Assembly (NCBI RefSeq): GCF_004765795.1
Contig: NZ_SBIV01000007.1
Span: forward strand, 62,001-126,000
DNA: 64,000 bases
From: Halorussus marinus
GTDB taxonomy: Archaea > Halobacteriota > Halobacteria > Halobacteriales > Haladaptataceae
Reading direction: 5' to 3'
Shown: positions 17,255 to 27,129 of the stretch, piece by piece
How positions within the stretch are numbered: the stretch's first letter is position 1
Layout of the letters: each line of letters begins with the position of its first letter
The notes under the pieces: model-generated
Seen by the model: only the letters and a program-made list of their open reading frames with translations
Database searches by the model: none
What the model was told of the DNA's origin: nothing
Position numbers and translations under genes: made by a program

Positions 17255-20137
17255 TTATTGAACTGTCTCCGCTTGGGCCGCCACCGGGAGATTGTTCTCT
17301 TCGAAGAGTGCAGCAAACAGTTTCCGTTGGACGGTCCGCGCGTGTTGATAGAACGCGGGTGGGGAGATGCCGAGTGTCTCCGCTACGTCTTCGCCCGTGC
17401 TCTCACGGGGCGACTCGAAGAACCCACTGTAGTACGCCGTCTGGATCACCTCCAGTTGCCGCTCCGTCACTGAATCGAGGAACTTCGAGTAGAGATTGTG
17501 TTCTGCGGTCTGATCGAGCGTCTGCTTGGCACGGAGTTCAGCGCCAGCGAACGTCTCACGGACGAGCTGCGTGATCGTTCGGACGTCGATGCTGTCCGGG
17601 ATATCGATGACGAGCGTCGTCGTGGTTGGATCAGCGGTCGCTTCGCGGAAGACGGCACCGTGATCGGCCAGCTCCAAGGCGAGGAACGGTTGTGTGAGCC
17701 GGAGCCGTAGAACACCCCCCTCGCCGTCCGCGCTGATCTGCTGCACGTCGTCGATACCGACCAGTTGCGAGGCCGCGTCTGCCACGTCAGTTACCGCCCG
17801 GTCTTCGACGGTCACGAACACGTAGCTGCCTTCCGTGGACTGCTGGACGCCACCCTGATACGAGAGGGTGCACTCCGCCTCCGCTGCGAGCCGTGAGAGG
17901 ACAAACTTCGGGTCCTCGATGGTGAACTCGACACATGTCATCGACGTCGTGAGCAACGCATTCTTCCGTTCGATCGCACTGAGAGCGGACGCGATGGTTT
18001 CGCCGAGTTCTCCCAGGACGGCCTTCGCCGTCTCGTCGAACGCATCCTGGGTCGGTGCGTACACCGTCAACACACCGTGGGTAAGGTCGTTGTACACGAG
18101 CGGGATGCTCAATACGGACAGGTAGTCCCGGGAGATGGCGTCTTTCCGCCACGCCTCGTCACGGAGACCAGCAGCGACGTTCGTCACCATCGTCACGTCG
18201 CCAGTGGCTGCGGTTTGTCCGGCCGGTTCTGCACCCGATGCCTGGACGGCGAACGACTGACTATCCAAGTACCCCTGTTCGGTCCCGGCCCAGGCACGAG
18301 GCTCCAAGGTGTCGGTCGTCGGATCGATCGTCCCGATCCAGGCGAACCGGAACCGGTCGTCGGCGGTCAGCAGTTCACAGACCGTGTGATCGATTTCCTC
18401 GCGCGTCTCCGCCTGTACGAGAGCCTGATCGATTTCCCGTATCGTCTCGTTGATGCGGTTCAGGGCGGTCAATTGCTCGTTTTGCGTCTGGAGTGTTCGG
18501 TCCTGTTCCCGGAGTCGTGATTCCCGTGTGACGCGGTCGAGGGCTGCTTCGGCAGTAGCCGCGAGCAGATCGGCCAACTCTCGCGTCACCTCATCGAATG
18601 CACCGACCTGGTTCGAGCCCGCAACGAACACCCCGTGGTTGCCGAGCGGGATGTAGGCCGCAGTTCGGAGGTCAGTTGCTCGATTTTCGAGCCGATCTGC
18701 GTCGTGAACGTCGTCGAAGAACAACGCTTCGTCTTCAACGAAACTGTAGCTCGGGAGCGTTTCCCCGTCGGCGTGCACGGTCGGGAGTGGGCCGTTCAGC
18801 TCGGTCATCGTCGCCGAGTGGGCTGCGGGTCGAAGATTGTTGGCCTCACCGTCGAAGAGGTAGACCGCACTCGCATCGAGAGTGAGCACACCAGGTGTGT
18901 CGTCGACGACGTGCTGGGCGATTTCTTGGTGAGTTTCGGCGTAGAGGAAATCGCGGGCCGTCTCGTGGAGCGTGGCGAGTGCCTCTTCGCGTTGCTTGCG
19001 TTTCGTGATGTCCCGACAGCTGAAGAGGAGAGTCCCGTCCTGGATCGAGACTTCGCGCACGTTGACGAGGAGCGTGTGCTCGCGCCCGGCTTTATCGGTC
19101 GCCGTCGTCTCAATGTTCTTGAGGACGCCGTCTTCCGCGAGTTCCTCCCGGTCGAAGAGGTCGTCGCCGAGGAGGTCATTGATCGTTCCGAGATTCCGGA
19201 TCTCGTCGACGGTGTAGCCGAAGATGAAGTGGACGTTGGGACAAACGTAGGTGTACTCGCCGGCTTCGTCCGTGATGAGGACGGTATCGGTCATGTTGTT
19301 GAGCGTGACCCGGTGCAGTTCTTCGGACTCTCTGAGATTCCGTTCGAGATCGACGCGCTCGGTGATGTCGACGCCTTCGACGACGATAGAGACGAGATCG
19401 CCGCGCTCGTTTTCGACCGGGCGCACGGAGAGATCGATAACGCGCGGATCATCGACGTCTGGCAGCTGTGGGACGACCGCGTTGCCGAACGTCCCGTCGA
19501 GTGCTTTCTCCACGAGTTTTTGGACATCCGTGTTCGTTGTACCAGCTTGTGACCACCACGGAAGCGTCCAGAACGGTTCGCCGACGAGCGTGTCGATGGC
19601 TTCATCGACCATCTCTCGTGCTGTTTCATTCACACGGGCAAGTGCACCATCCGGGTCGAGCACCCACGTCGCAGTTCGCGAATCGTTGAAGATCGCGTCG
19701 AACTGTCTGGCCCGGTCCCGTCGCGTGGCCGACCGCTGTGCGGCCCGGATCGCACGCTCGGTTCGTTCGATGAGTCCGTCGGTCATCTGTGCTGGCGGGT
19801 CCGAGAGCGCGATGTAATCGGTGACACCGGCTTTGATGGCCTCGCTGGCGATGGCTTCGCTCCCGGCAGTAGTCCCGAGGAGGACCGGGAGCGCAGGCGA
19901 TTCCTCGCGGATTTCTCGGAGGAGGTCGAGTCCGGTTGTCTCTTCGAGTGCGTACTCGGTAATGAGGCAGTCCGTAGGGTGCGTCCGGATGATGTCGATT
20001 GCCTCCGTCTTGGTTCGAACGTGGTGTACGCTGGCATCAGTCCGTTTCTCGAGCGTCGTGGCGAATTGTGTGAGCCAGTCGTCTGTCCCGACGAGCAACA
20101 CCGTCGACGCATCCAGAATGGGTGGGGTAGCGGTCAT
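17255..20137 (-). CDS. Bat-like sensor/activator (REC-PAS-PAS-GAF-GAF-HTH_10)
   Basis: N-terminal receiver-like domain, PAS ends (DITER, DITKR), GAF segments and C-terminal TERQLEV...AYYSGFFESPRE. Confidence 0.9.
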   Translation of the reverse strand: MTATPPILDASTVLLVGTDDWLTQFATTLEKRTDASVHHVRTKTEAIDIIRTHPTDCLITEYALEETTGLDLLREIREESPALPVLLGTTAGSEAIASEAIKAGVTDYIALSDPPAQMTDGLIERTERAIRAAQRSATRRDRARQFDAIFNDSRTATWVLDPDGALARVNETAREMVDEAIDTLVGEPFWTLPWWSQAGTTNTDVQKLVEKALDGTFGNAVVPQLPDVDDPRVIDLSVRPVENERGDLVSIVVEGVDITERVDLERNLRESEELHRVTLNNMTDTVLITDEAGEYTYVCPNVHFIFGYTVDEIRNLGTINDLLGDDLFDREELAEDGVLKNIETTATDKAGREHTLLVNVREVSIQDGTLLFSCRDITKRKQREEALATLHETARDFLYAETHQEIAQHVVDDTPGVLTLDASAVYLFDGEANNLRPAAHSATMTELNGPLPTVHADGETLPSYSFVEDEALFFDDVHDADRLENRATDLRTAAYIPLGNHGVFVAGSNQVGAFDEVTRELADLLAATAEAALDRVTRESRLREQDRTLQTQNEQLTALNRINETIREIDQALVQAETREEIDHTVCELLTADDRFRFAWIGTIDPTTDTLEPRAWAGTEQGYLDSQSFAVQASGAEPAGQTAATGDVTMVTNVAAGLRDEAWRKDAISRDYLSVLSIPLVYNDLTHGVLTVYAPTQDAFDETAKAVLGELGETIASALSAIERKNALLTTSMTCVEFTIEDPKFVLSRLAAEAECTLSYQGGVQQSTEGSYVFVTVEDRAVTDVADAASQLVGIDDVQQISADGEGGVLRLRLTQPFLALELADHGAVFREATADPTTTTLVIDIPDSIDVRTITQLVRETFAGAELRAKQTLDQTAEHNLYSKFLDSVTERQLEVIQTAYYSGFFESPRESTGEDVAETLGISPPAFYQHARTVQRKLFAALFEENNLPVAAQAETVQ

Positions 20138-20396
20138 TATTCGACCATTGAGGGACGGCGAATGGTCCTCTCGGTGCCGATGCGAACTCGCCTCCAGCTC
20201 CGGTACTGGCCCGGATCGGAATGTACGTCCATTGCTAGTTAACTATCTAACCGCCCCGCGCCAAAGACGTTTGTTGTTTAACCCCTTGCGATAGGGGGCG
20301 CGCTACGGAATATGAAAACGCGATTATCGGGACTTTTCGCGGTCGACCGACTCTTCCCGATTTCAGCGTTCCGCTATCCAACCAGACTCTCGAGGA

Positions 20397-21635
20397 ATGA
20401 CTACCCGACCTCCCACCACCCAGCCCGAAGACGCCACGAGCAAGGAACCGCAACAGCAGCGCCAGTCGGCGTGGAGACTCGTCGCTGGAGCGAGTCTCAT
20501 CTCGACGGGGCTCGCTGCCTATGAGATCGTCCCGGCGAGTGTTACCCCGCTCATTCGCGACGCACTGAATATTGGGCCGACGATCGCAGGGTTCCTGGTC
20601 GGGGTCATGTTCGGCACCGCGGTGATCGCAAGCCTCCCAGCTGGAGCGGTGCTCGACCGGACGGATTCCAGGACTGCGATGGCACTCGCAGTGCTGACAC
20701 TCGTTGTCGCCGGGACGTGGGGATGGATCGCTGGGCGGCGAGGGGACTATCGATCTGTGATCGCGTCACGAGCGCTTGGTGGGGTCGCCTACGTCGTCGT
20801 CTGGAACGCTGGCATCGACATCGTGAGTCGGGCAGCGACCAGCGAGAATCGAGCGACTGCTGTCGGCATCTTCACTGCGAGTGGCCCGATCGGATTCGCG
20901 CTCGGTCAGGGGACCGGGCCACTGATTGCGCATCGGTTCGGGTGGCCCGCCATCTTTGTCGCATTCACCGGCCTCACGGTCGTCGGCCTCGTCCTGTTCT
21001 GGCCGGCCAGTCGCGGACTCGGAACGAGCCAGGGGGACGCTCCCTCAATTCAAGAGTTCGGTGCGGTCCTCCGGAACCGGAGTGTCTGGTCGGTCGGGCT
21101 GCTCGGCTTTCTCGGCTATTCATTATACCTATTCGTGAATAGCTGGGGTGCGTCGTATCTCACCGCCGAACTTGGCCTGTCACTCGCAGTGAGTGGCCTC
21201 TTGGTGGCAGTATTCCCCGCAATCGGGGTGGTCTCCCGGATCAGTAGTGGTCTCCTGTCTGATCGTGTCTTCGGTGGCCGTCGCCAACCCATCGTCCTCG
21301 GATCCTTCGCAGTTGCGGCTCCGCTCGTGCTCGTCTTTACGCGGTTTCGGTCGCTGCCCCTACTCGTCGCGCTCCTCCTCCTCACTGGATTTGCGGTCCA
21401 GTTGACGCTCGGCCTGTCCTTTACGTACGTCCGGGAGGTGGTTGATTCGCGGGTCGCCGCGACAGCGGTCGCGTTCCAGACGAGTATTGGGTTGGCAGGC
21501 GCGTTCCTTGCCCCGATTGCAGGCGGGGTTGTTGTCGATCTGGCCGGCTTCGATACGGCGTTCCTCCTCGCTGGACTTCTCGCTCTCTGCGGGATCGCAG
21601 TCGCGTGGCGAGCACCTGAGCCAGCGCGTTTGTAG
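20397..21635 (+). CDS. MFS transporter
   Basis: GAVLDR and GLLSDR repeats, about 12 TM segments. Confidence 0.88.
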   Translation: MTTRPPTTQPEDATSKEPQQQRQSAWRLVAGASLISTGLAAYEIVPASVTPLIRDALNIGPTIAGFLVGVMFGTAVIASLPAGAVLDRTDSRTAMALAVLTLVVAGTWGWIAGRRGDYRSVIASRALGGVAYVVVWNAGIDIVSRAATSENRATAVGIFTASGPIGFALGQGTGPLIAHRFGWPAIFVAFTGLTVVGLVLFWPASRGLGTSQGDAPSIQEFGAVLRNRSVWSVGLLGFLGYSLYLFVNSWGASYLTAELGLSLAVSGLLVAVFPAIGVVSRISSGLLSDRVFGGRRQPIVLGSFAVAAPLVLVFTRFRSLPLLVALLLLTGFAVQLTLGLSFTYVREVVDSRVAATAVAFQTSIGLAGAFLAPIAGGVVVDLAGFDTAFLLAGLLALCGIAVAWRAPEPARL

Positions 21636-21837
21636 CAAAAACTTCGCTATCGAACGGGGTCGACACCTGAGAGCACAATCACAGCTACGACGACGTGACC
21701 CGGTCGCTGCTGAGTCTCACCTGGGACGCTCATCACGGCCGCGAATCACTCGTTGAGGCCACCTTCTCGGTGTCTGGATGCTTGAGAAGTCCTTTCCAGT
21801 CGCTACTGAGGCATACGACTCCTGCCAATCCTTGAGA

Positions 21838-22393
21838 TTAACCATCGGCCTGCCGGTGCCGGCGTACCTGCTCTGGATTCGGCACCCACGGATGGGCATC
21901 CCAGCAGTGGAGGGCGTGCTCTCGTGGTGTTTCGAACAGCGCCTCGCATGACCCACACACGTAGGTGGTTTCGGGCCAGCGTTCGGTGACGAACATCGCG
22001 GTCACCGTCGTTCTGACCGGGTCTGGGGCGGTCGCCCGCCGAACGTAGTTGTACCCGATCGTCGTCCGTCGACGAATAGCTGACCGCACCAGCCGTTCGG
22101 GCGATCTCGGTTGGCTTGTCCTCGGGGAGATACACCCAGCGAACGAAGTCGTCGACCGATTTCTTGGCTGAGGGCTGGAGGATGAACCATCGCTCGTGGT
22201 CATCTCGGAATAGGTAGCGTTCGGTCCCCCTGTTTTGGAGGTATATTGGGTCACCCCTGCCCGGTACGAGCCGTAGTCCGAGCGACGGCGATACCGGTTT
22301 CAAAAGCTGGTCGACGACCGATGGGCCGTCATCTGTCTGGCTGTCCGAATCAGCCTCCGCTACGAATTCATCGAGACTGGCATTCGTGGTCAC
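21838..22393 (-). pseudogene. Frameshifted C2H2 zinc-finger protein
   Basis: GTG 22393 has a GGAGGTG RBS and overlaps the upstream stop. Coding-like sequence changes frame near 22100 into YVCGSC...HALHCWDAH. Confidence 0.65.
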
Positions 22394-23055
22394 GGGGACC
22401 ACCTCCCGAGTGAGGCCTGTTCCCGGTCGGACTCAGCTGGAACTTCGCAGAGAAACCGCCACTTTGGCTGCTCTCGGATCTGCTTATCGGGGCGATTTCC
22501 CGCTTGGCCGGGGTCCGTTTTACCGGCACAGTGCCAGCCCTTGTCTCTGAGCGCTTTGATCATCGAGCCGTCGAAGTCGGCTCGCACGAACGTCAGCAGG
22601 AGCCGAACGCCTCGTCGCCGACCGTGCCGACGCACGAATCGTTCCATCGACCGGGCGAGGGCGGCAGAGGCGAGATTGGGGAAATCGACGCCGATGCAAA
22701 TCCGTGCTGCCTCGACGATTTCGTCACCCTCGAATCGCGTCCCGTCGTACTCCAGCGAGCGAATCAGCGGATAGCGCCACGTAATCGCACCTAGTAGCTG
22801 GTCCTGGTAACAGAGTCCGTGATGGACGAGATTCGTCCGGGGGATATCGTCCATATAGGAGTGATGCGCTTCGTAGATCGCGCCGGCGACGTGGCGCGGG
22901 ATCGATTCGATATGGACGCGCTCTGCGAACCCCAAACCGAGCGGCGCCGTGACCGGCTGGCCTTCCCGATGGATGGGACACGAACACCCATCGGGGGTAG
23001 GCGTATACTGGAAGCCGGTACTCCGTATTTGGTCTAGAGAGTGAGTTTCGGTCAC
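22390..23055 (-). CDS. Mom-like GNAT-fold DNA-modifying protein (putative)
   Basis: HHSY...HGL...LLGAITW...EAARIC...PNLASAAL...LLTF...DGSM...GW..G.T follows the motif order of the phage Mu Mom family. Confidence 0.6.
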   Translation of the reverse strand: MTETHSLDQIRSTGFQYTPTPDGCSCPIHREGQPVTAPLGLGFAERVHIESIPRHVAGAIYEAHHSYMDDIPRTNLVHHGLCYQDQLLGAITWRYPLIRSLEYDGTRFEGDEIVEAARICIGVDFPNLASAALARSMERFVRRHGRRRGVRLLLTFVRADFDGSMIKALRDKGWHCAGKTDPGQAGNRPDKQIREQPKWRFLCEVPAESDREQASLGRWSP

Positions 23056-23183
23056 GAGTCGGTGTCGTCGGTGCGCTCCTGTCGGTCGTTGTATCGCTCC
23101 AGTTCGCGCCCGATATTCTCGAGCGCCTCGACACCTCGTTCGAGGAGCTGGTGGGTGGCTCGCGCCAGTCGAAGCGTCTCCAT
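23052..23183 (-). CDS. 43-aa helical microprotein (not in ORF track)
   Basis: METLRLARATHQLLERGVEALENIGRELERYNDRQERTDDTDS*. Overlaps both neighbours (TGATG upstream, GTGA downstream). Confidence 0.7.
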   Translation of the reverse strand: METLRLARATHQLLERGVEALENIGRELERYNDRQERTDDTDS

Positions 23184-23692
23184 CAGTGCTTCCTCTCCGG
23201 GGGTTCGATGAGGTCGTTGCTCTCTTCGGCGAGTTCCCGGATTACCTGTTCCACGTCAGCCTCTTCGGCAACCGTCCGATGTGCGAGCGGGGCAGGATAT
23301 GCACGGTCGCCCTGACTGCAGAGCACGACCAGCCACTCGTCGCTTCCATCCCCGAGTACGATGTAGTGGTCGCGATCAGCGCGCTGGAAGACCCGCCGGT
23401 CCGGACGGGAGACGGTTCGCCAGTTCTCGGGGAGCGTCGGCGACGGCCGTCCGCCGTCGGGGAGGTCGACGACATCGTCGGGAGGGTCGCCATCGCGGCG
23501 TCGAGCTCCTCGCCGGTTCGGGGCCGCCTCGCGTGGGTCTCGACGAGGAATGTCGAACTTCTGCATCCACTTCGAGACCGTCTGTTGTGTACAGCCTAGT
23601 TCATCCGCGATCTTGACCGTGCTCAGCTCCTGTTTCCAGTAGAGTTCGTGGAGGAGCGATTCGTCTCGCCAGGGGTGATGTGCATCTGTCAT
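23183..23692 (-). CDS. HTH-domain protein
   Basis: WRDESLLHELYW...STVKIADELGCTQQTVSKWM. First gene of a coupled four-gene operon. Confidence 0.75.
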   Translation of the reverse strand: MTDAHHPWRDESLLHELYWKQELSTVKIADELGCTQQTVSKWMQKFDIPRRDPREAAPNRRGARRRDGDPPDDVVDLPDGGRPSPTLPENWRTVSRPDRRVFQRADRDHYIVLGDGSDEWLVVLCSQGDRAYPAPLAHRTVAEEADVEQVIRELAEESNDLIEPPERKH

Positions 23693-23834
23693 AGCTGTGT
23701 TCGAAAGTGTCCGTTAAGGGACTCCCGCCCCCTTCAAGGGGGAAATAAACCTCTCTGCCGCAGTAATGGCGGCTGTTCAAGCGGCTCTTTGACTCTCCAG
23801 AAAGCGTTTATCAGCCGCTTGAAAACAGGGAACT

Positions 23835-25337
23835 ATGCGCCGCCGCACTGTCCTCGCAAGTCTCACTGCCGGCATCGGATCACTTGCCGGGTGTAGTACA
23901 ACGCTCGGCGGGACAACGGAGACACCGACTACGACACCAACCGAACAGCCAACTGAATCACCGACACCGACCTCCAATGATCCCAGTGAAAACGAGGAAT
24001 GGGAGCTCGGGGCCGCGAGCATCATCGACCTGACGACAGCCAACCGTACCTATGCACTTGCGCCTCTCCGCTATCGCTCCGACGATGGCGCAAGCATCAG
24101 GATGCGGTTCTCGTCGACGGCGACATCGGAGGGACCTGCGACGGTCGAAGCAACGCTCACCAACGAGAACCCCTTCGAGAACACATTTCGGTTGGACTGG
24201 ACGCCCCCTTTCGGGCGACTCTTTAGCGATATCCCCCATCCGATGGGAGAACGGAGTGGCGACTTTACGTATCGTGTCGGGTTGATATTTGCTCCGACGG
24301 CGAACCACGATCTCGTCGAGGATCCGCCTGACATCCAGCGTGCCGACGATGGCTACTGGCGACTTGCCTCTGATACAACCCCGGAACTCCCCGAGCGAGT
24401 TCGCCTTTCGCCGGGTGAAACTATCCATGGAGAGTACGCTCTGGTCGGTCGCGCCGAAGGGGTGGGACGTGGACGGCCACCAGGCGTCTACGAGTTCTCC
24501 CGAGCGGGCGAGCGGCCGCTTCGAGTGGCTGTTTGGCCGACCGACTCGCCCGGCCCAGCCACCGACTCGCAGTTCGCAGGCATGTCGGTTCCTGCGCTTC
24601 CGGGTGACAGCGATACGGCATGGTTCCACAACGCTGACGCGAGTTCACCGACGTTCGTCCGCCCAAGCACCGAGCAGACGAGTTTACCAGCCCGTATCGA
24701 GTTCACGTTCATTAATCGGGCTCGGGAGGCGGTGGGGTGTGGCCACTGGAACGTCTACAAACTTCAGGGTGGAGAATGGTTCCACCTCGGTCCGTACGTT
24801 CAGGATGCTGTCTGCCATCGCCTCTCACCCGGACATGCAGAAACCTGGGCTCTGCGGGCTGCGACTTCCGAGATGGCTCCGTGTGAGGCGCAGAGCTATC
24901 CGTTCCTCGGCGGCGGACGTTACGCCGCCGTCGCGGGCTACGGCCACGCGACAGCCCAAAGTGGAGCCCTCGTCGAGATTGACGCGCCACCAGTGACTGT
25001 CGTCCCGACCGATGATGTCACGACCCAGCGTGACAGCGGAACAGTGACGGCGACCTCGGATCGCTGGCGAACGGCTCCCGACTCTGAGGGACGTTCACGC
25101 GTGTCCCTTGTGCTCGAACCGGTAGGCAATGCTAACCGACGGCTTATCGCCGAACAGGTGATGCGCCGCCGCTATCGCGGGTATCGGAATACCCTCGCGT
25201 TTGTTGCCTCGGACGTGGAGCGTGTCGTCCTTCGCACAGACGACCGAACGGCTGACTGGACCGCTGGTTACGACGATGGGACAGCCCAGTTCCGATACGA
25301 AGAGCAAGCGTACCGCATTACGAAGCGTACACCCTGA
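23835..25337 (+). CDS. Tat-exported lipoprotein of unknown function
   Basis: MRRRTVL twin-arginine signal, LAGC lipobox and a T/P-rich linker. Confidence 0.8.
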   Translation: MRRRTVLASLTAGIGSLAGCSTTLGGTTETPTTTPTEQPTESPTPTSNDPSENEEWELGAASIIDLTTANRTYALAPLRYRSDDGASIRMRFSSTATSEGPATVEATLTNENPFENTFRLDWTPPFGRLFSDIPHPMGERSGDFTYRVGLIFAPTANHDLVEDPPDIQRADDGYWRLASDTTPELPERVRLSPGETIHGEYALVGRAEGVGRGRPPGVYEFSRAGERPLRVAVWPTDSPGPATDSQFAGMSVPALPGDSDTAWFHNADASSPTFVRPSTEQTSLPARIEFTFINRAREAVGCGHWNVYKLQGGEWFHLGPYVQDAVCHRLSPGHAETWALRAATSEMAPCEAQSYPFLGGGRYAAVAGYGHATAQSGALVEIDAPPVTVVPTDDVTTQRDSGTVTATSDRWRTAPDSEGRSRVSLVLEPVGNANRRLIAEQVMRRRYRGYRNTLAFVASDVERVVLRTDDRTADWTAGYDDGTAQFRYEEQAYRITKRTP

Positions 25338-25433
25338 CTATTGTATCCGTTTCAGGGTTCGTATACCGGCTAGAATCAGCTCGATTTCGGGGTCAGAATC
25401 GGCGACACATTCTCGCGCCGGTTCAAATGCAAG

Positions 25434-25697
25434 TTATGGTGGGAGGTGACGGTCGTAGATATTCCGGCGATGCCCAACCGCCTCAACGATCAGGACATCC
25501 TCATCCCGGTCCCAGGTGATGATCGCACGATAGTCGCCAGCACGAAGCTTGTAGTATGGATACCCGGTGAGCTTTTCGAGACGATGAGAGGTCCAGTCCT
25601 TTGCTTCGTCGAGTTTCTTCACCAACCGCTCTTGGGCTTCCGATTCGAGCCCCTCCAGCAAATCGAGTGCTTTTGGCGTCCACTCGACCTCAGTCAT
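25434..25697 (-). CDS. relE: RelE/ParE-family toxin
   Basis: EVEWTPKA...YKLRAGDYRAI...VGHRRNIY. Confidence 0.9.
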   Translation of the reverse strand: MTEVEWTPKALDLLEGLESEAQERLVKKLDEAKDWTSHRLEKLTGYPYYKLRAGDYRAIITWDRDEDVLIVEAVGHRRNIYDRHLPP

Positions 25698-25968
25698 CGA
25701 TGCCCAGCCGGTCCTTCACGTCGTCCTGCGACACCGTCTCGCCCTGCTCCCGCTGTTTGCGGCTCTCGGCCAGATGATCCAGGGCTTCCTCGGACAGCTG
25801 CGTTGGCGGATTGACGGCGTCCCGAAGCGCGTCGCGGATGAACTCGGATTTGTTCGCGTAGCCACGCTCCTCCCAGACGTCGTCGACCTGTGCCAGCAGC
25901 GACTGTGGCACGCGGACGTTGATCTTCTCCATCTCACCGTCGCCGCCGGCATCGCTGTCAGTGCTCAT
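25690..25968 (-). CDS. Ribbon-helix-helix antitoxin
   Basis: KINVRVP...YANKSEFIRDALR. Overlaps the toxin start. Confidence 0.88.
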   Translation of the reverse strand: MSTDSDAGGDGEMEKINVRVPQSLLAQVDDVWEERGYANKSEFIRDALRDAVNPPTQLSEEALDHLAESRKQREQGETVSQDDVKDRLGIDD

Positions 25969-25987
25969 ATGCTGTGATACGCCTGTA

Positions 25988-26197
25988 TCACGTAAGTAGC
26001 TTCGGTTGGATACGCGAACTGTGGTTAACGAGGTCGAGACTGCGTGCGAGGGAGAGCCGCCGATGCTCCGAGAAGTTCAGGACGACGGCTTGGCCGTCGA
26101 CGCGGAAGCCGACGTATTCGACTGCGTCTCGGTGAGCCTGACCTGGCGATGCGACTGGAACCGATTCCGAACTGGCCATAGGTACATTCCCGTTCAT
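25988..26197 (-). pseudogene. Truncated DUF6166-like backbone gene
   Basis: EYVGFRVDG...RSLDLVNHS ends abruptly at the TA module. Preceded by a copy of the leader motif. Confidence 0.5.
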
Positions 26198-26399
26198 TCG
26201 TTGCTCGCGGGCGGTTCGGTGACCCCCGCACCCCTCTCGGGGGCAATAAACACCACCAGCCCAGAATTGTCCTTGAGTTACAACGGATCCGCTGATTTGC
26301 TCTACGAGGGTGGAGCTGCTCAGACCATTTCCTGTTGGAGTAATTCCTGTAAACACGGGAGTCCCGAACGTTAACTACCGGGGAAGCATAGGTCTATGT

Positions 26400-27077
26400 A
26401 TGACAATTACGACTGAGTTTTCCCTCAGTTCACCGTCTCTCCCGCTGGTCAGTATCACTGAGAGACTCCCACCGGACCAAATTGAGTGCGTCCATGGGCT
26501 CTGTTTCGAACAGGACGCCCGGATGTTCATCGTCAAAATCGATTCCGATGTCAACGTTTCAGAAGCCGACTTGGAATCGCTGGACGAAGTCCAAGAGGCG
26601 ACAACGATCGGCTACGCGGGCGAGCAAACCGTCCACAACCTTACGATAGACCTCGCCGACGCGATCTCGGAAGTATTCAGTGGTGGCAGTTCCGTAGCGG
26701 CCAAACTCGAGCCGACCGTCGTCACACCGGACGGATGGTACGAAAGGAAAGTGTACAAGGACCGTGATGCGTTCATGGAGTCCCGGATCCGCTGTGAGAA
26801 CTACGGGATCTCGCTCGACCTCATCTCGATGACCTCCACTTCCGCTGCATCGGACGATGCTATCCCGTTTGGGTTGACTGAACGGCAATACGAGGCGCTG
26901 ACACTCGCACTCTCTCGTGGCTACTACGAGAGCCCACGACAGACCTCGACTGAGGAGCTCGCTACGGAACTCGGCATCTCACAACCCTCGCTCTCGAGAC
27001 TCCTCAGGCGGGGTGAGCGTCAGCTACTCTCTTCGGCACTCCAAACACAGGAGCACTTAAACACGGTTTCCAATTAG
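26400..27077 (+). CDS. HTH_10 (Bat-type) transcriptional regulator
   Basis: LTERQYEAL..ALSRGYYESPR...LATELGIS. Confidence 0.88.
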   Translation: MTITTEFSLSSPSLPLVSITERLPPDQIECVHGLCFEQDARMFIVKIDSDVNVSEADLESLDEVQEATTIGYAGEQTVHNLTIDLADAISEVFSGGSSVAAKLEPTVVTPDGWYERKVYKDRDAFMESRIRCENYGISLDLISMTSTSAASDDAIPFGLTERQYEALTLALSRGYYESPRQTSTEELATELGISQPSLSRLLRRGERQLLSSALQTQEHLNTVSN

Positions 27078-27129
27078 CACCGTCGCTATCTGGCCGTAGT
27101 CCCTCTGATTTTGTAGACAGAGACCTACT

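Noticed and set aside
22085..22120. Programmed ribosomal frameshift
   Set aside because: There is no slippery run at the junction, so an indel is the simpler explanation.
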